Shown here: piece after piece, positions 1 to 64,000 of the stretch | Layout of the letters: each line of letters begins with the position of its first letter | Position numbering within the stretch: position 1 is the stretch's first letter | Assembly: GCF_018977255.1 (NCBI RefSeq) | Contig: NW_024704743.1 | Coordinates: 11,224,001-11,288,000, forward strand | DNA: 64,000 bases | Direction of reading: 5' to 3' | DNA from: Callorhinchus milii | Taxonomy: Eukaryota | Notes under the pieces: model-generated | Database searches by the model: none | Told to the model about the DNA's origin: nothing | The model's input: the letters and a program-made list of their open reading frames with translations, nothing else | Translations under genes and position numbers: made by a program

Positions 1-243
1 ACCTTGGGCAAGTTTACAGGAAGAATATACTTAATCCACATGCCTAATAATAATCCCTCCAAAAAACAAAACAATAATAAATTGGTCATTTTCAATCCAC
101 GACTGTTTGTGGGACACTGCTGTGCGCAATTGGCTGCCACGTTTTGCCCACAAATATACAGTCAATTCACTTGTATATTCTGTGAAGCGCTTTGAGACGT
201 CTAGAAGACGTGAAAAGTGCTTTATCAAATGCAAGGATTATGA
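1..243 (+). mobile_element. Same SINE family, cut by the window edge
   Basis: ACCTTGGGCAAGTTT...TCAAATGCAAGGATTA. Confidence 0.85.
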
Positions 244-628
244 TTTGTTATGCTTGGCAACAGAATGTGAAAATCAAGCCAGCCCTCCGTGGCGGTCTTG
301 GTAGTCCAATTCCTGAGCCAGGTGGATCCGCAGTATTCCAGGACACTGCTAATGACAACACACTGACAGGATTTGGAAGGGCAGTCGTCCCACTCAGCTC
401 CTGTTAACCCTGCAAACCAAAGCCCTATTGGGTAGGGTGATACTAGCTGGACAAGCAGTGGGAGAGCTTGCCGAACAGCAATGTCAATGGCAAGCTATGC
501 AGTTTTAGCTGGTTAGACTCCAGCAGTTACCCCAATGCACATTCTGGCTTTGCCTCTTGCCAACCTGAGCTGAATATTTTCCAGAATTAGGTAAACAGGA
601 TGAGTCCCTCCAGGGAATGTGCATTCTG

Positions 629-734
629 TTCCAATAAATATCTCTGGAATTTCCATGTGTAGGTGGGATGCAAGGAATTCTCAGCTTGGTTTGGATATTC
701 TTAAGCATGGTAATGTGTCAGACACCTGGCTGCC
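629..734. repeat. Copy 1 of an unclassified ~110-bp repeat (inverted relative to 50883-51002)
   Basis: 639-672 TATCTCTGGAATTTCCATGTGTAGGTGGGATGCA is the exact reverse complement of 50958-50991. Confidence 0.85.
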
Positions 735-1894
735 CCCTCCAAAAATACGTAACAAGACGTGGTCTACAATAAAACAGCCATGAGCTCAAATCTTTCTCTG
801 TCCCTTTCATGGATCGGTGATTTAGTGGAAAGCTTTCCTCCAGCCCTTGTGTAAAATCCTGGACCAAGTACTAATGTGAATTTGCAGTGAAAAGGGTTTG
901 GTGTTGATACCAAAGTTATATGATCCTCACTCTTAAAACAAGAGTTTGCTTCAGCTTTTTCCCTAAGCTTATCATAGAAGGCAGTTGGTATCCAGTAAGT
1001 TTGGCATTTGGCACAGGAATCTTCTCCCTCAACTCCCAACAGCCTTGCAACACAGTGACCTAATCGGTAGCGCCTGTTAGATGGACAATCAGCAGAAAGC
1101 TCACTGCGTGCCTCGTACTAGTGACTTGCTCAGTTTTACCTTTCAAGCTCTCTGGGACGTTACCTGTGTGAAGGGCGCTATGTAAATGCAAGTTGTTGTT
1201 CTTAAATTCCTGCAGTAGCCCATTGCAGACTTTGAGATCTATGATGGTTGGCATCTGCCACCTATGTTTTCCAGGAACAGGTGTGTGTGTTTGTGTGTGA
1301 GTGGGGCGAGGGGTGGAAAAGGAAGTGATTGCACCTTTCATATCTGGCAACTCTGCTTCTCTGCATTCCTGGCAGCTGGGACTTGAAACCCTTAAGCCTG
1401 AGAAACACGTTTCTGCATCCACACCCGGCTGACTGTTTTTAAGGTATACAAATTTCTTAGTAATGTTCTTGATTAACAGAATATTTTAAAATTTCCAAAT
1501 GTAGATAGATAGGAGCTGTACTAAAAAAAATATAACATGTGTTTGGTGCAGGTAAAAATTAATCTGAAATTCTTTTTCATGCAACTTACTCCACAATAGG
1601 GATCAGTACAGTTAATAACAGATATTCTTCCTGGAAAATGGCATTAAAAAAAAACTATGACATTTATTAATCTGTTGCACTTCATCAAGATTCATCATAT
1701 ATTTATATGGACAATGTTTTTAAGCAAAGCTGAAAGAAAATCTAAAAGCAGTTGTAGCTATGAATCATGCATGCAATGTGATTACATAAAGCATTAGGCA
1801 ACCATTTTTGCAATCATGCGTATGCATTTTTCATCTTAAAGTGTAACTGGGTTTAGCATCTGTAACAAATGAAATTGAAAGAGACAGGACTTAC

Positions 1895-60864
<58,970 letters not shown>

Positions 60865-61079
60865 CTAAGAGGGAATGGAAAAACAAAATTAATACAATTT
60901 AATGGACAAAAGATAAAATTAATGCAGATGCAGCTGCCTGACTTGCTGAGTGTTCCCAGTGATAACTTAATGGAAATTGTTTCCAATCTTCCACAGGCAC
61001 CAGTCAAACACTATCACTGCAGCCACACAAAGACCTTTTAACCGCAAGCATCATTCGCATTTTTTTTACTGAGAACCTA

Positions 61080-61887
61080 CAACAACAATAACAAGATTAC
61101 ATTTATATAGAGCCTTTCACGTCGGGAGGACGTCCCAAGGCACTGGACAGTGTACAGATTTCAGACCCTTCTGGGAGGCAGAAGGGAGGGGAGGGGAAGG
61201 GGGGTGGCCGATGGCATGGTCGAAGAGGAGGGTTTTGAGGCGGGACTTGAAGGAGGCTAAGAAGGGGATGAGGGGAAGTGAATGGGGGAAGGATTCCAGA
61301 GGTTAGGGGCAGAGTGGCTGAAGGCTCTCACGCCAATGGTGGGGCAAGTGGGTCGCAGGACGTAGAACAGGCCAGAGCCGGCTGAGCGGAGGGAACGGGC
61401 GTGTTGGTAGGAGATTAGGAGGTCACAGAGGTAGGGTGGGACAAGGCCATGGAGGGTTTTGTAGGTGAGGACCAGGATCTTGAACTGGATCCTCTGAAGG
61501 ATAGGGAGCCAATGGAGTCAGGCGAGAATGGGGGAGATGAGGACATGGAGTTTGGTGCGGGAGAGGACACAGGCTGCAGAGTTCTGGATTATCTGCAGCC
61601 TGTGGAGGGAGGAGTTGGGAAGGCCGACAAGCAGGGCATTTGCATAGTCGAGCCTGGAGGTGATGAAGGTATGGACAAGAGTTTCAGCGGCCTGAGGGGT
61701 GAGGTAGTGGTAGTGTCGGGCAATGTTACAGAGGTGAGGGAAGACAGAGCAGCTCATGGCTTGGATGTGGGGAAGAAAAGACAGTTGAGGGTCGAACAAG
61801 ACACCTAGGTTCCTGACTGGCTTGGTGAGCTGAAGTGTGCAACCATGGAGGTTGATGCTGCCAGAGCCTGAGGTGCAGAGGCACCTC
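61080..61887 (-). mobile_element. L2 LINE 3' fragment
   Basis: VRNLGVLFDPQLSF..SRLDYANALLVGLP; (CAA)n. Confidence 0.85.
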
Positions 61888-64000
61888 AACAACAACAACA
61901 ACTTGCTTTTATAGAGCATTTCGGGACACTACACAGCATGGACCTAGTTCAGAGTATTTGTGTGTGTGGTTTGAGGGGAGCAACTCCTAGAATTCCATAG
62001 CCTTGTCTCTTCCTTCGTCTTCAAGGTCCACCTCAAGACCTTCCTCTTTGACTACTAATAATTCTTCCATTTGTTATAGTGCCTTATCACGTCTTCGAGA
62101 CATCTCAAAGTGTTTCACAGAATACACTGTAAAGTGTATTTTGTGGGCCAAATGCGGTAGCCAATTGCACACAGCAGCATCCCACAAATAGTCGTGGATT
62201 GAGTGACCACATTTTTTTGGCATTATTACCCCCACAAATCTATTACAATTTTCTTTTTAAAATGTTAATTTTCTTCCTTTCCTTTATCCCCTTCCGCCCT
62301 CTCACGTGACTTTTCGGGCCTTTGCCAAGTATAACAATACAAACTTACATTTAGATAGCACCATTCACACCAGGAGGATGTCCCAAAGCATTTAACAATG
62401 GTGGCACCTGAGCTGCATGTGGGAGCAAAGTCTGGGAAGAGGAAAGATGACCTAAAGCACAAAGAGTTAGCTCTTGAGACGGATCTTAAAAGAGGTGAAG
62501 GAGGCAGTGAATCAGAGGATGGAGGTACAGAGAATAGGGGCAGATTTGTAGTAAAAAAGCCTACTAAAAATAAAAAAATAAAAATATAAAGGTAAATGCC
62601 AATATTATCTGCCAAAAATTATATTTAAAAATTAAAATTGAAAGCTAACATATAGTCCACTCTGATAATCTAATTCCTGTGACCTTATCAATACTGTGCT
62701 CATTAACCTTGAGCACTGTCAAATATGCTCCTGGGACAGCAAATACACAATAAGAGGCCAGGGAGCAATCATTTAAATTTGGTAGCTTGTTGACTTTGTA
62801 ATGTCAGACAGTCAATTCACCTTAGCGTATATTCTGTGAAGTGCTTTGAGACATCAAAGACGTGATAAGATACTATATCAAATGGAAAGATTATTGTTAT
62901 TACTATAGTGCAGAGAATAGCAACAAGGATGATCCCCAGTGTTAGAGGAATGAGCTATGAACAAAGATTAGACAAGCTAAGGCTCTTCAGTCTTGAGAAA
63001 AGATGTCTCAGCGGGGGCCTCAAAGAGGTGTATAAAATTGTAAATGGGTTTGAAAAGTAAATCCAGATCAATACTTTAGGATGCAACAAGACAGTAAAAA
63101 AAGAGGATATAGGTTAAGAGTTATAAAGAGCAATTTCAGGACAGATATCAGGACGTTTTAATTTACATAGAGGAACAGGTCGCCAGGAACGGTGGTAGAG
63201 CCCAGGAGCTATTTAAAAAGCAGCTTGATGTTGCATTTGGGGGTGGTGGGGGAGGAGGGGTTGGCATAGGTTGGGTGTTCTTAAAGGATGAAATTGGTTA
63301 GGCTGAAGTGCCTTTTCATCCAAACCAATCTTGTGATCTTGTGAATCTTCACAATTCCGAGCTTTGGTCGACTAGAAAAAATGCTCAATTTTTTAAATAA
63401 TTTTTTTAATAATTTTTAAATAATTGGGTCTCAATGGCCAAATGCGATTTGTGGATTCTAACCCTGTACATGTAAGTGGAGGATCGCAGAGGCTGAGAAA
63501 AACTGAGCATTAATATACACAATATTCTACGGACACCCCCACCCTCTTCCCGGCTTGGTGTCAAGCTCTGCCACTCTTAAGAGCTCCCGAGTAAAGGGCA
63601 CTATATAAATGCAAGTTGTTGTTGTTAATAAGCAATGTGATGAATTTCCACATGTGTTAGCCACTGGGCTACCCCCCTCCCCACAAAAAAAATACACAAA
63701 CTATTACAAAAGCAAAGTATTAATCAATCAAGAGGATGCACTGTGGCAGTTGAAATAAAGCAAGGGTTAAAATTCTATAAAAGCAAATTGCAGGGGATAG
63801 TACTGGAGGACAGAGCTGGCAGAATTACTTTACCAAAAATTCATTCCGATTTTCATATTTCATTGTATAGCAGTAACGCTACAGTAATAAAGCTGATAAT
63901 GTGAGGGTTTTAATATTAGTGTTTCAGTTAATAAAATAATAATCCTTGCATTTGATATGGCACTTTTCACATCAAGAGGACGTCTCAAATTGGGTCACAG

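Noticed and set aside
1..1890. Search for PFK exon 17 (TCDRIKQSA…) and, at 60865-64000, exon 2
   Set aside because: No matching sequence seen; both presumably lie outside the window.

Overview
Eukaryotic (vertebrate) genomic DNA. The repeat content (DeuSINE/SacSINE1-like SINEs, esterase-ORF1 CR1 LINEs, L2 LINEs) suggests a cartilaginous fish, which is an inference. The whole window lies inside one minus-strand, multi-exon ATP-dependent 6-phosphofructokinase gene that best matches PFKP. Exons equivalent to human PFKP exons 3-16 were traced with consistent splice sites and reading-frame phases; both ends of the gene lie outside the window. The main observation is two separate pairs of duplicated, equal-length, phase-0 exons: 96-nt 8a/8b and 153-nt 16a/16b. 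In each pair one copy is PFKP-like and the other is PFKL-like (8a also resembles PFKM), which suggests mutually exclusive splicing that swaps allosteric modules. A ~110-bp inverted repeat with a perfect 34-nt core brackets both pairs across 50 kb. Also present: a GC-AG intron, two matching 28S rRNA-derived fragments, an HSP70 pseudogene fragment, and many nested CR1, L2 and SINE insertions. Almost all ORFs in the supplied track are retroelement remnants or noise.
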